Notes: generated from the letters alone by a model not told the origin. DNA of 64,000 bases from Candidatus Fermentibacterota bacterium (GCA_030620115.1 JAUXFG010000001.1:9677-73676), one strand, 5' to 3'; shown: positions 47,240-56,286, numbered from the stretch's first letter. Made by a program: numbers and translations.

Positions 47240-48457
47240 TCACGAGTTTCCTGCATTCCCCGTGGCGAATACCAGCCAGAGCAAGAGGAGTACTCCCGAG
47301 AAACGATGGAGCTCTCTGATCCAAGGGACAAGTTCGTCGAATATGGAGGTGATGGAAGGGATCAGAAGCAAGACCCCAGTGGCCAAGAGGAGGCTCAGGA
47401 TGACCGCCCGAAAGAAGCGCGCGGAAAGAAATTTCGGATGGGAAATCCCTCTGGGGAGCAGGAATCGGGCAGCGCATACTGCAAGGAGAATGACGCCGGC
47501 AAGCAGATGAACGTGACAGAGTGAAGAAAGTGCCCGGCCGCCACCAAAGTAGATACCCGCTCCGGTGATCAAAAGGAGGAGCATGGCGATTCCACGGATC
47601 CTCGCGGCGGGCCCTGGTGCGAATATTTGTATAAAACCATTGGCGCCGGTTCGAAGCACCCGTCGGAGATGCAGTGCAATGAGGAGGAGCAGGACCGCGA
47701 TGACGAAGATCAGCTCCGCGGCGAGACCATATCCCCATCCGGGCACTCTTCTTCCCGTCCAATGGTCAATCTGTTGGCCAAAGGTGGCGTCGGCCAACCG
47801 TCTGGAATGGCAAATCCTGCAATCTCGGAGGGATGAGGGCGCCGGCAGCACAAAATGCTCCGATCCGCCTGTCTCCAGGGGGAAGTGGCATCGCGTACAT
47901 GACACTTGCCTGAGATGTAACCCTGCTCCAGGAAAGAGCAAATGGCTCTCATTCAGCTCTCTCATTGGGTGACAACGGATGCAGGACTCATTGGTCTGTT
48001 GAGGTGGTGCACATCGTGAGATTGATGAGGAATGTGGCTCGTGGCAGGCGCCGCACGAGAAGTTCCCCATTCGGGTGACGTGAATATCCCCGCCTTGCGC
48101 AGCAAGATACTCGTTGAATGGCAGATGACTGCAAGGGGCCGGCTCTGTTCCGTGGCATGAACCGCAGGAGAGTGACGTGGAAGCGCCTGGAGGGAGGTGG
48201 GGTACGTGGGCGAATGATTCGCCATGGCACTGTATACAGCTCAAAGAACCATGATCACTCTCAAGGAATCCCTTCTCCGACAGGGGGACGGAGAATCCGA
48301 CGCCCATGCTATCCGCCTTCACGAGAGAGACCCGCTCGTGACACCCGAGACATGATGCGCTCTCGGGGGGAAGGCTCTCTCGGTTCGCTGCATTGATGAG
48401 CAGCGCGAGGATAACAAGCAAAATCGCCATCGATTCGGGACCTCCATGAGGGATCAT
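47240..48457 (-). CDS. multiheme (7x CxxCH) c-type cytochrome fused to a C-terminal polytopic membrane (putative di-heme b-type) domain; CbcL-like
   Basis: Signal peptide. Seven CxxCH motifs: CLGCH, CIQCH, CGSCH, CGACH, CIRCH, CTRCH, CRICH. Then ~5 TM helices with conserved His residues (ALHLRR, LCHVHLLAG, RELHRF). Confidence 0.7.
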   Translation of the reverse strand: MIPHGGPESMAILLVILALLINAANRESLPPESASCLGCHERVSLVKADSMGVGFSVPLSEKGFLESDHGSLSCIQCHGESFAHVPHLPPGASTSLSCGSCHGTEPAPCSHLPFNEYLAAQGGDIHVTRMGNFSCGACHEPHSSSISRCAPPQQTNESCIRCHPMRELNESHLLFPGAGLHLRQVSCTRCHFPLETGGSEHFVLPAPSSLRDCRICHSRRLADATFGQQIDHWTGRRVPGWGYGLAAELIFVIAVLLLLIALHLRRVLRTGANGFIQIFAPGPAARIRGIAMLLLLITGAGIYFGGGRALSSLCHVHLLAGVILLAVCAARFLLPRGISHPKFLSARFFRAVILSLLLATGVLLLIPSITSIFDELVPWIRELHRFSGVLLLLWLVFATGNAGNS

Positions 48458-49022
48458 GGTGTTCTATGATCTACAGATGATAGGCAACTTGTGGGTTCGA
48501 GTCCAGTTTTTGATGCCTCTGCGGGTTGCCAATCGAAGAAGAATGATGCATATTGTTTCCAGGGCAGATAGCCCTGCTGAATGCACCATGGCAGGAGGAT
48601 GGAAAGCTTTGCGCCACTTGTTGGGCTGCCATTCTATTCGCCGGTTCGGATATCCCGTACGTGGGCGATCTCGAAGAGGTAGCACCGACCTCCCACCGTT
48701 CAATTCCCTTGAGATACTTAACCCCCAGAGGTCAGAAGTCAGAAATCAGAGGTCAGCCGGACAACTTCGTCGGCAGCTCTCTCGCGAGCTTCTCCGCGTG
48801 ATGAGCTTCCACTCCCGCGCAGTACGCGGGACAGAAAGCGTAGATGTCTCGAATCAAGACTCTGATCTTTGTGTCCCGCACTGGTTCCATGTGTCCTTCA
48901 TGGGGTTGATAGGGGAAGAAAGCACGGTTCTGAGGCGCAGCTGAAGATCATGAGAAGGGATTGCCGAGGATTGGTGCAAAGCGGTCTTGTTGCATCATGA
49001 CACCGACGCTGGAGGTGATGTA

Positions 49023-49442
49023 ATGCCAAAACGTTGCGCTGTTTGGATCGATCATTCAAATGCCTTTATTGTGAAGTTCGCCAACGGTGGCGAACCTGAA
49101 GTGGAGAAGTTGGAATCAGGTATCGGAGCCATACACAAGAGTACCGGTGGGGCAAGAGCAAAGGAACCATATCGTCACGGTTCGGCGAGGAGACATTCCG
49201 AAGAGGAGCGGAGGAACCATCAGCTCACGAAGTTCTACGGCCAGATAGTATCACGGATCAAGGATGCCCCGAAGGTTCTGCTGCTTGGCCCAGGTTTGGC
49301 AAAGCAGGAGCTTGGGAAAGCCATCCAGGACTTACCTGGCGCTCACAAACCAGGTTACGAAATCCATCCAGCCGAGAAGATGTCCGATCGTCAGCTAGTG
49401 GCCCTGGTCCGGAAAGAGCTGAATGTACCGGCGCCTCTCTAG
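49023..49442 (+). CDS. Host_attach (PF10116) / bacterial eRF1-like (baeRF) family protein
   Basis: 139 aa. CAVWIDHSNAFIVKF...RHSEEERRNHQLTKFYGQIV...KVLLLGPGLAKQELGKAI...KMSDRQLVALVRKEL resembles the Host_attach family. The ATG is preceded by a GGAGGTGA SD. Confidence 0.4.
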   Translation: MPKRCAVWIDHSNAFIVKFANGGEPEVEKLESGIGAIHKSTGGARAKEPYRHGSARRHSEEERRNHQLTKFYGQIVSRIKDAPKVLLLGPGLAKQELGKAIQDLPGAHKPGYEIHPAEKMSDRQLVALVRKELNVPAPL

Positions 49443-49460
49443 CTGCCTGCGGCAGGCAGG

Positions 49461-49528
49461 GGGAATTGGGTGATGGAAGAATGGGGTGATGGGGTGATGG
49501 GGTGATGGGGTGATGGGGTATGGGGAGG
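49461..49528. repeat. tandem octamer array (GGGGTGAT)n
   Basis: gggtgatggaagaatggggtgatggggtgatggggtgatggggtgatggggtatgggg. Immediately preceded by the perfect palindrome CTGCCTGCgGCAGGCAG at 49443-49459. Confidence 0.8.
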
Positions 49529-49652
49529 GGATTCTCGGAGAGAGGGAATATCAGTATTCCTATTCCTGCGCGAACCCTAAGCTCCATATCCGTGCACGGG
49601 TGACCGTTTCGATCACTTAAAAGAGGAAAGAATCTCCAAGGGACCGTCTGCG

Positions 49653-50909
49653 ATGAGGTGGGCGGCCCTTGAAGCACGACAGCTTTTCTCCACTGGATTC
49701 TTCCATGTCGTGGGAGCCCAGGGTGTGGTGCGAGCTGTCACGATTGTACAGGGGTTGGTGCTTGCGCGTATGCTGGGGCGCGAGGATCTTGGGCGATACG
49801 CGGTATTCGCGTCCGTGTTGGCCCTGGGGGCGATTGTTGCCCAGGCGGGAGTTCCCAGTGCGCTTTCCCGTTTCATCGCCCTTGCTGAGGACAGGAAGCG
49901 CCAGAAGGAAATCCGTGACTCGGCGGCGACCGTGGCAATCCTGTGGTCTCTGGTGGTGGGTGCTTCTCTCGCGCTGCCGCCGTTAGGACGCGTGCTCTCC
50001 AATGAGTCCTGGGTATGGGGCGTCCTTCCTCTTGCACTGATCATTCTTCCGCTGCAGACAGCTTCGCAGTCGAGCCTGGCGTTGTTGCACGGCCGTGCGA
50101 TGCTCCAGAGGAAATCCGGTCTCGAGAGCCTGGCTGCTCTGATCTCCATTATGGCCATCATCGGGGGAGCTATGGGCATGGGCGTCTCTGGCGCGGCGTG
50201 GGGGCGGGTCGTCGCGGCGGGGTGTATTGCGGTGATGATAGGCCGGGTCACCGGGCAAAGGCCCTCTGCAAAGAAGGTATGCCCCGATGGATTCTGGCGA
50301 TTCGCGCTTTTGAGCCTGGCCAGCTCGTCGTTCTCCACCATGATCCATACGGCGGATACGCTGGTGCTGGCAATATTCCGGATCGGCAGTGGCATCATCG
50401 GAGATTACCGTGTCGCCGCCATGGCATACCTTGGTCTCTCCATGGTTCCCGCTGCCGCCATGCATACGATGTTTCCTCGACTGGTGAGAATACACAGGGA
50501 TGGCGGCGATCTCGCAGCTCTCTGTCGGCGATTGGGGATTCGACTCCTGGCTTATGGGCTGACCGTGGGGATCATGGGAGTGGTGTTTTTACCCAGGCTG
50601 CTTGTATGCATTCTTGGGGCACAGTACCATGGGTCCAAGCCCTTTCTTCTGATTCTCTCAATGGGGCTGCCCTTTCGGGCGCTGGTGTTGGGCGCAGGCA
50701 GCGTCATCCTTGCTTTGGGAAGACCGGGTCTCAACTTCTCACTTCTTCTACTTTCGGGAACTCTCAACATTGCCCTCAATGTGTTGCTCATTTCCTCAAT
50801 CGGCGCAGTTGGCGCGGCGTGGGCAACATTGGCCACCGAGGCAACCAGCGCCATTGCCGGATCCGTGGCGGTTCTGGTTATTTTGAGGAGGTCTCTCCGT
50901 GCGGGCTAG
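49653..50909 (+). CDS. MOP-superfamily polysaccharide flippase (Wzx/MurJ-like)
   Basis: 418 aa with ~12 TM helices and a polysaccharide biosynthesis protein-like N-terminus. Confidence 0.65.
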   Translation: MRWAALEARQLFSTGFFHVVGAQGVVRAVTIVQGLVLARMLGREDLGRYAVFASVLALGAIVAQAGVPSALSRFIALAEDRKRQKEIRDSAATVAILWSLVVGASLALPPLGRVLSNESWVWGVLPLALIILPLQTASQSSLALLHGRAMLQRKSGLESLAALISIMAIIGGAMGMGVSGAAWGRVVAAGCIAVMIGRVTGQRPSAKKVCPDGFWRFALLSLASSSFSTMIHTADTLVLAIFRIGSGIIGDYRVAAMAYLGLSMVPAAAMHTMFPRLVRIHRDGGDLAALCRRLGIRLLAYGLTVGIMGVVFLPRLLVCILGAQYHGSKPFLLILSMGLPFRALVLGAGSVILALGRPGLNFSLLLLSGTLNIALNVLLISSIGAVGAAWATLATEATSAIAGSVAVLVILRRSLRAG

Positions 50910-51110
50910 CCTGCGCTTCTTACCGGCTTTCGTCGCGAAGCGGTGTAGTTAGCTGTGCCTGCAAGGCTTGCGACCGAGGACCCCGCAGGCGTATCCCCTG
51001 TCCCGCGTCTGACGCGGGATCGAGGAGTCCGAAGGAGCGTAACGCAGCAGGCAGAGCCAAATGCAACGCTGTAGTCCCGCGGCGGACGCGGGATGAGAAA
51101 TGCGGGCTAA
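50907..51110. repeat. family R (REP-like) repeat, copy 3
   Basis: cttaccggctttcgtcgcgaag...gcttgcgaccgaggaccccgcaggcgtatcccctgtCCCGCGtctgaCGCGGGat...gagcgtaacgcagcaggcagagcc...CCCGCGgcggaCGCGGGat. It shares both cores and the gagcgtaacgcagcagg segment with the 27-kb copy. Confidence 0.7.
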
Positions 51111-51114
51111 GCCC

Positions 51115-52068
51115 ATGGTATTCTACGGAGAGGACGCATTGGCGCTGGAACTCTGGCATGATCTTGCCGCTGGAGACCGGCGATGCAGGCTGTCTCAGAC
51201 ACCGCAGTGGGCACGGTGGTCTGCGGATGAGCTGGGGTGGAAGATAGGGTGCATGATGTGGGAATTGGAAGAAGTCGTCTTCCCGTTTGTGGTGGTCAAT
51301 CGGCACTCGTGTATTGATGTTCTTGTGGAATCGCTTCCATGGGGTCAGATCGGGGGGCCCCTGGTGGGTGGGAGCGAGCATCGGGAAGTGACCTCATTGG
51401 TGGCAAAAGAGATCGAAGGACTTGCGCAGGAACTCCTAGTATACGCCGACTCCGTGCGATTCTCCCCGGCCACGTGGCAATCATGCACCTACAGCATTCA
51501 TGAGGCTTCTCTGACGGACGACCGGGAACGCCAGTGGGCACTTGCAGAGCCGCGTTGCAGAACCGCTGCCCGACATGCGGAGCGAGAAGGCGTCCGAATT
51601 GTGAAAGCCACGGGAGGCGCCTTGCTGGCCGAGTCAGTGGCTCTCCACCTGAGACAGCAAGGCGTGAGAGATGCCAGGGTACTGCCTGGTAGCTGGTGGG
51701 AGCGTCTTTTGCGGGAAGGTGCACATCATGTGGGGCTCTGGTGTGCAGTTATGGACAGCCGCGTTATTGCCGCATTGCTCGTCGGGTGGTGGCAAGATCG
51801 AGCAGTAGCATTGATTTCCACCAGTGACCCAAGGGCACGGCCTCTGAAGGCGGGGAACCTTCTCTATCTCACCGTGTTGGAAGAGCTTGGAGTTCGGGGC
51901 CTCAGAACCCTTGATCTCGGCGGGAGTCGAGGCAAGCCCGGGCTCGAATCATTCAAGGAGTCAGTGGGTGCGTATCGCACCAGCAGACCCTTCTATCGAT
52001 ACAGGAATCCGACCTACAAGCTTTACCAGAGCGTTGCCCGGAAAGCGAAGATGATCGTCGGGCATTGA
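51115..52068 (+). CDS. FemAB-family / BioF2-like GNAT acyltransferase (peptide or aminoacyl transferase acting on a glycan or lipid-linked precursor)
   Basis: Two-lobed GNAT-like architecture of ~320 aa. The start is taken at the Met after the repeat; the track start at 51100 lies inside repeat R3. Confidence 0.45.
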   Translation: MVFYGEDALALELWHDLAAGDRRCRLSQTPQWARWSADELGWKIGCMMWELEEVVFPFVVVNRHSCIDVLVESLPWGQIGGPLVGGSEHREVTSLVAKEIEGLAQELLVYADSVRFSPATWQSCTYSIHEASLTDDRERQWALAEPRCRTAARHAEREGVRIVKATGGALLAESVALHLRQQGVRDARVLPGSWWERLLREGAHHVGLWCAVMDSRVIAALLVGWWQDRAVALISTSDPRARPLKAGNLLYLTVLEELGVRGLRTLDLGGSRGKPGLESFKESVGAYRTSRPFYRYRNPTYKLYQSVARKAKMIVGH

Positions 52069-52161
52069 CAAGGAGGTTGTTTTCTCGCAGGTTGGATGAA
52101 TGAATTTGCGAGGTTTGGCCCGAACTAGTCTAACACCAAATGCAAGTGAGGAGCGCAGACG

Positions 52162-52590
52162 ATGAGAACAAGGCTCTTGATCATAGCAGGAATGATAGTG
52201 TTCGCTCACACGGCAGGTTTGGCCTTTACCGGGGTCAGCGCGCCCTCGCTCTCGATGGGTGAGCGGCACACTGGAGTGAGCTTGCTGGATCTATCGAGAG
52301 TGAGCATCAAGAACAGTCTCATGTTCGGCTACTCCTCTGGTGTGGGAAGGAAGGAGTCGGCTGGCGCGCTCTTCACTACCCTCGGGTATAGATTTTCGCC
52401 ACGATTGATGGTTCGGGCGACCCTAAGCAAAGAGTTCTCGATCTATGGCCGGGACTCGTCGGATCAGAACATTTCCCTCTCCGGGCTCAAGGTCGACTGG
52501 AAGCCCATAGACAGCATGCATTTCCATCTGGAGTTCGCCAGAGTCCCCTCTCTCTGGCAGGAGCGAACCCTGTTTCCCCGCAATTGGTGA
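52162..52590 (+). CDS. small secreted protein, beta-rich, hypothetical
   Basis: Signal peptide MRTRLLIIAGMIVFAHTAGLA, alternating beta-strand-like composition, and a C-terminal aromatic. Confidence 0.35.
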   Translation: MRTRLLIIAGMIVFAHTAGLAFTGVSAPSLSMGERHTGVSLLDLSRVSIKNSLMFGYSSGVGRKESAGALFTTLGYRFSPRLMVRATLSKEFSIYGRDSSDQNISLSGLKVDWKPIDSMHFHLEFARVPSLWQERTLFPRNW

Positions 52591-52634
52591 GCGGGGGGGT
52601 TTTGATCCCTCTCCCGAGCTAGATCTAGCTGCCC

Positions 52635-53813
52635 ATGTACCGCATATTGGGCATCGCTCCTACGCCGTTTTTTTCTGATCGCGGCTGTCACGTCCGTATA
52701 CTTGAAGAGGCCCGGGCGCTTACCCGGCTTGGGCATGAAGTCACCATTTGCACCTACCATCTTGGCCGAGATCCCGAAGGTATCACGCTCCATCGCATCC
52801 CCCATATCCCCTGGTATTCCAAACATGATGCAGGCCCATCCTGGCACAAGTACTACATTGATATGCTTCTAACGGTGCGGGCTCTATTGAGTGGCCTTCG
52901 CGATAAGCCTGATATCGTCCATGGCCATCTTCATGAGGGGGTCTTCATCGGCTACTTCGTAAGCCGGATTCTGGATGTGCCCCTGGTATTCGACCTCCAG
53001 GGAAGCCTCACGGGGGAGATGCTTGCACACGATTTTATCTCCACCAGAGGCCTGTTCTACAGCTCCAATCGTTTCCTCGAAAAGTTGACCACGCAGATGG
53101 CTGATGTGATTCTTGCGTCCTCGGTGGGTGCAGCATCTTATCTCCAGGACGATCCCGATCTGAACGGGAAGAAGGTTCATATCGTGCCCGAAGGGATCGA
53201 TGTCCGGCCGTATGATGCCATCAAAGAGACCGAAACGCTTCGTGCTTCCTTAGGGATTTCGAGGGACGATCCGCTCTGTGTCTACATGGGAGTGCTCTAT
53301 CCATATCAGGGAATCGATGCGTTGATCCGATCGGCGCCCATTGCCCTTGAATTGTGCCCTGCTCTTCAATTTCTTGTCATCGGGTTTCCCCATGTTGAGC
53401 ACTATCGGCAGATGGCCGAGAGGCTCGGTTTGGGAGAACGGTTTCATTTTGTTGGCAAGGTTCACTACGAGAACGTGCCCGAGTACTTGAAGGCGGGCGA
53501 TCTTGCGGTTACGCCGAAGGATTCCCAGACCGAAGCAAACTCAAAGATATACAACTTCATGGCTGCAGCGCTCCCAGTGGTTGCCTACGACACCGCCACC
53601 AACCGGTCACTGCTGGGCGAGCTGGGCGTATATGTGACGCGAGGTGACGAGTCGGGGCTCGCCAAGGCGGTGGGCTCGTTGGCCGCGGACCATACGCGAA
53701 GGAAAGACCTGGGAGAGGCGGTTCGGCGCAAGGCACAGGAGGAGTTCAGCTGGATGGAGGTGGGAAGAAAGATCGTGACCGTCTACGAAGATCTGCTTCG
53801 TGGAAGAGGATAG
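52635..53813 (+). CDS. glycosyltransferase family 4 (GT-B)
   Basis: YRILGIAPTPFFSDRGCHVRILEEARAL N-domain and the C-terminal GDLAVTPKDSQTEANSKIYNFMAAALPVVAYD EX7E region. Confidence 0.8.
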   Translation: MYRILGIAPTPFFSDRGCHVRILEEARALTRLGHEVTICTYHLGRDPEGITLHRIPHIPWYSKHDAGPSWHKYYIDMLLTVRALLSGLRDKPDIVHGHLHEGVFIGYFVSRILDVPLVFDLQGSLTGEMLAHDFISTRGLFYSSNRFLEKLTTQMADVILASSVGAASYLQDDPDLNGKKVHIVPEGIDVRPYDAIKETETLRASLGISRDDPLCVYMGVLYPYQGIDALIRSAPIALELCPALQFLVIGFPHVEHYRQMAERLGLGERFHFVGKVHYENVPEYLKAGDLAVTPKDSQTEANSKIYNFMAAALPVVAYDTATNRSLLGELGVYVTRGDESGLAKAVGSLAADHTRRKDLGEAVRRKAQEEFSWMEVGRKIVTVYEDLLRGRG

Positions 53814-53825
53814 GGAGGAATGGGG

Positions 53826-53997
53826 AATATAGAATCTGCAATGTAGAATCTGAAATCTGACAATCTGGAATTTGGGGAAAGTGTGGGAGAGATTCTTCAC
53901 TCCTTGTGGTCGCTCAGAATGACAGGGGTGGTGCGCAGAAGGATGCAGTACGTTGTGTCATTCTGAGGGAGCGGAGCGACCGAAGAATCTGCGGGAG
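53826..53997. repeat. family H composite repeat, copy 5
   Basis: gaatctgcaatgtagaatctgaaatctgacaatctggaatttg then gtgggagagattcttcactcc...GTCGCTCAGAATGACAG...TGTCATTCTGAGGGAGCGGAGCGACcgaagaatctg. The ORF 53953..54270 (MCHSEGAERPKNL...) is an artefact of it. Confidence 0.7.
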
Positions 53998-54321
53998 GAG
54001 GGGGAGGATGTGGGAATGAGGATTGGGAGAAATGAACATCCAACGCCGAACGTCCAGCGTCGGAGTGGGGATGATGGAGGGCCATGCTCCGTCATGGCCG
54101 TTGATGCTCGATACGACGGACGCGATCCGCCACCTGGCGGACGTCCCTCCAGAGATGCAATACTCCTCCGGCTGAGGGCTGATAGCTGGAGATGGGAAGG
54201 AGGAGGAAGGATAAGGGAATTTGAAATTAAACAAGCTGCAATCCGGGCTAAGAGCTCAGATTGTGGGTGATCGACAACGGACCAATAGACAAATCGACGA
54301 ACTTCAAGGAGGTTTCGTGTC

Positions 54322-55920
54322 ATGAACATTCGCTTTATTGTTGTCTCGCTGCTTCTGGTTGGGGCTATCTCATGTCAAATCCCGTCTGAATCCGGTGACG
54401 ACATACTGGTGGAGGGGAAAGGCCTGCGGATCACCAAGGATGAATTCGCGGAGTATCTGAAGCAGGTACCTCCCTTTGCCAAGGGTCAGCTCTCGGAGGA
54501 CGAGATACTCGACAGGTATGTGAAGTCCGAGCTTCTTTACCTGGAGGCGCTCAATACCGGATTGGATCGGGAACCGGAGGTCAAGAAAAAGATCGATACC
54601 ACCATCAAACAGATCCTCCAGCGGGAGTACTACACGCGGGAATTGGAACAGAAGATGGGTGTTGATGATGATGCGGTGGCGAGCTACTACGAGGCACACC
54701 AAGACCTCTTCGCCCAGCCCGAGCAGCGGAAGTGCTGGCATCTGCTATGCAAGACTCGTGAGCATGCCGAAGCGGCCCGGCAAGAGATAGAAGGGGGTGT
54801 TGATTTCCGGGATGTGGCGAAGCGGGAGAGCATAGACGACAAGACACGCGAGGCTGGTGGGCGGCTTGGCATTTTCTCCAGGGGAAAGGCGCCTCCCATT
54901 ATCAAGGAACGTCCGGCCCTTCTCGATACCTTGTTTGCTCTTCCCTCCGGCATGATGAGCAGCGTCATCGAAAGTGATCTTGGATATCACGTACTCAAGG
55001 GAATGGTGGCGAAGCGGATGCCATACAAGCCATTGGATGAAGTGGCACATGACATCCGTGGCCGGATACTGGTGCCGGACTCCTTGGTTCAGCAGTACTA
55101 TGATAAGAATGAGGACAAGTATCGAGTTGAGGATAGAGCGCGTGTCCGCCATCTCATGGTGGCACAGAAGAGCCAAGCGGAGGAGCTGAAGGAGCGTATT
55201 CTCCAGGGCGAGGATATGTCGGCGTTGGCCAAGGAGCACAGTATTGACGAAGGCACAAAACGGTCCGGTGGCCTTCTTGGTTGGGTTCGGCGTGAGGCGC
55301 CAATAAAAAGCATCGGAGAGAATGCGGCATTCGAGGCTGCGGTATGGGAAACCCGTGCTGGTGAGATCGGACCAATCATGAAGGTTGAGAACGGGTACAG
55401 CCTTTTCAGAGTCGAGGAGCGAAAGCATGCGGGAATAAAGGATCTGGGGGAGGTGGAATCTTCCATCCGTTCACAGCTTGCATCCCAGGCCAAGCGTGAA
55501 GCCATTGAGAAGGCCTTCGAGAAGATGAAAGCAGACTACCAGGTGACCGTACGCACAGAGAACGGGAAGGGAAAGGCGAAATCCCAAAAGGGAGTCGTAG
55601 ATGCGGCGGGAAAAGATCGCCAGGAGATGAACGACGAGGAGCTATTCGCTCTCGCCCAGGAGGAGGCTACCCCGACCAAACGCCTGGAGATCTATCGCGA
55701 GATTGTGCGGAGGTTTCCTGACGGTGAGCGGGCTGATGATAGTCAGTTCATGATGGGATTCGTGCTCTCGGAGGAATTGGGTGACTCTAGCGCAGGCGCC
55801 AATGCATACAAGGAGCTTCTTGCGCGCTATCCTAAGAGTGATTGGGTGGATGACGCGGAAACAATGCTCAAGGTACTGCAGCAAGGCGAGGCCGCAGAGG
55901 CGCAACTGGAGGACAAATAG
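54322..55920 (+). CDS. periplasmic parvulin-type peptidyl-prolyl cis-trans isomerase (SurA/PpiD/PrsA-like), two PpiC domains
   Basis: Signal peptide. Two rotamase blocks (KCWHLLCKT...SIDDKTREAGGRLGIF and VRHLMVAQ...SIDEGTKRSGGLLGWV). C-terminal TPR-like tail. Confidence 0.8.
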   Translation: MNIRFIVVSLLLVGAISCQIPSESGDDILVEGKGLRITKDEFAEYLKQVPPFAKGQLSEDEILDRYVKSELLYLEALNTGLDREPEVKKKIDTTIKQILQREYYTRELEQKMGVDDDAVASYYEAHQDLFAQPEQRKCWHLLCKTREHAEAARQEIEGGVDFRDVAKRESIDDKTREAGGRLGIFSRGKAPPIIKERPALLDTLFALPSGMMSSVIESDLGYHVLKGMVAKRMPYKPLDEVAHDIRGRILVPDSLVQQYYDKNEDKYRVEDRARVRHLMVAQKSQAEELKERILQGEDMSALAKEHSIDEGTKRSGGLLGWVRREAPIKSIGENAAFEAAVWETRAGEIGPIMKVENGYSLFRVEERKHAGIKDLGEVESSIRSQLASQAKREAIEKAFEKMKADYQVTVRTENGKGKAKSQKGVVDAAGKDRQEMNDEELFALAQEEATPTKRLEIYREIVRRFPDGERADDSQFMMGFVLSEELGDSSAGANAYKELLARYPKSDWVDDAETMLKVLQQGEAAEAQLEDK

Positions 55921-55971
55921 CCTGGCCATTTCACGAATCGCATGGCGAAGCAACGTGAGGGATATCCCTGA

Positions 55972-56056
55972 GAGGTTCAGGCTTCAGAGGTTCAGGGTTG
56001 AGGGTTCAGAGTTCAGAGGTTGAGGGTTCAGTGTTGAGGGTTCAGGGTTCAGTCCG
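55972..56056. repeat. tandem octamer array (GGTTCAG/GGTTGAG)n, ~11 units
   Basis: aggttcaggcttcagaggttcagggttgagggttcagagttcagaggttgagggttcagtgttgagggttcagggttcag. Confidence 0.8.
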
Positions 56057-56148
56057 GCCACTGATGGCGCCGCGCCATCAGGTTTTTCAAGGCAGAGAGT
56101 ACAGCAAATATGAAATGTACTCTCAAAGAAGACAACGGAGGAAGGATG

Positions 56149-56258
56149 TGGGAGAGATTCTTCGCTCCTTGGAATCGCTCAGAATGACAGTGGAAGTGTG
56201 CAGAAGTATGTGGCATTGCGTGTCATTCTGAGGGAGCAATGCGACTGAAGAATCTGGG
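56149..56258. repeat. family H hairpin element, copy 6
   Basis: gtgggagagattcttcgctcc...ATCGCTCAGAATGACAG...TGTCATTCTGAGGGAGCAATGCGACtgaagaatctg. Confidence 0.7.
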
Positions 56259-56286
56259 TGGGGATTGGGGGGGGAAGAAGGCTTCA

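Noticed and set aside
48456-48944. 162-aa Arg-rich ORF, plus a tRNA-like GGTTCGAGTCC T-loop motif near 48500
   Set aside because: No complete cloverleaf (acceptor, D and anticodon arms) could be built around the T-loop-like motif. The ORF is Arg-rich with no domain. It could be a tRNA 3' remnant, but that is unsupported.
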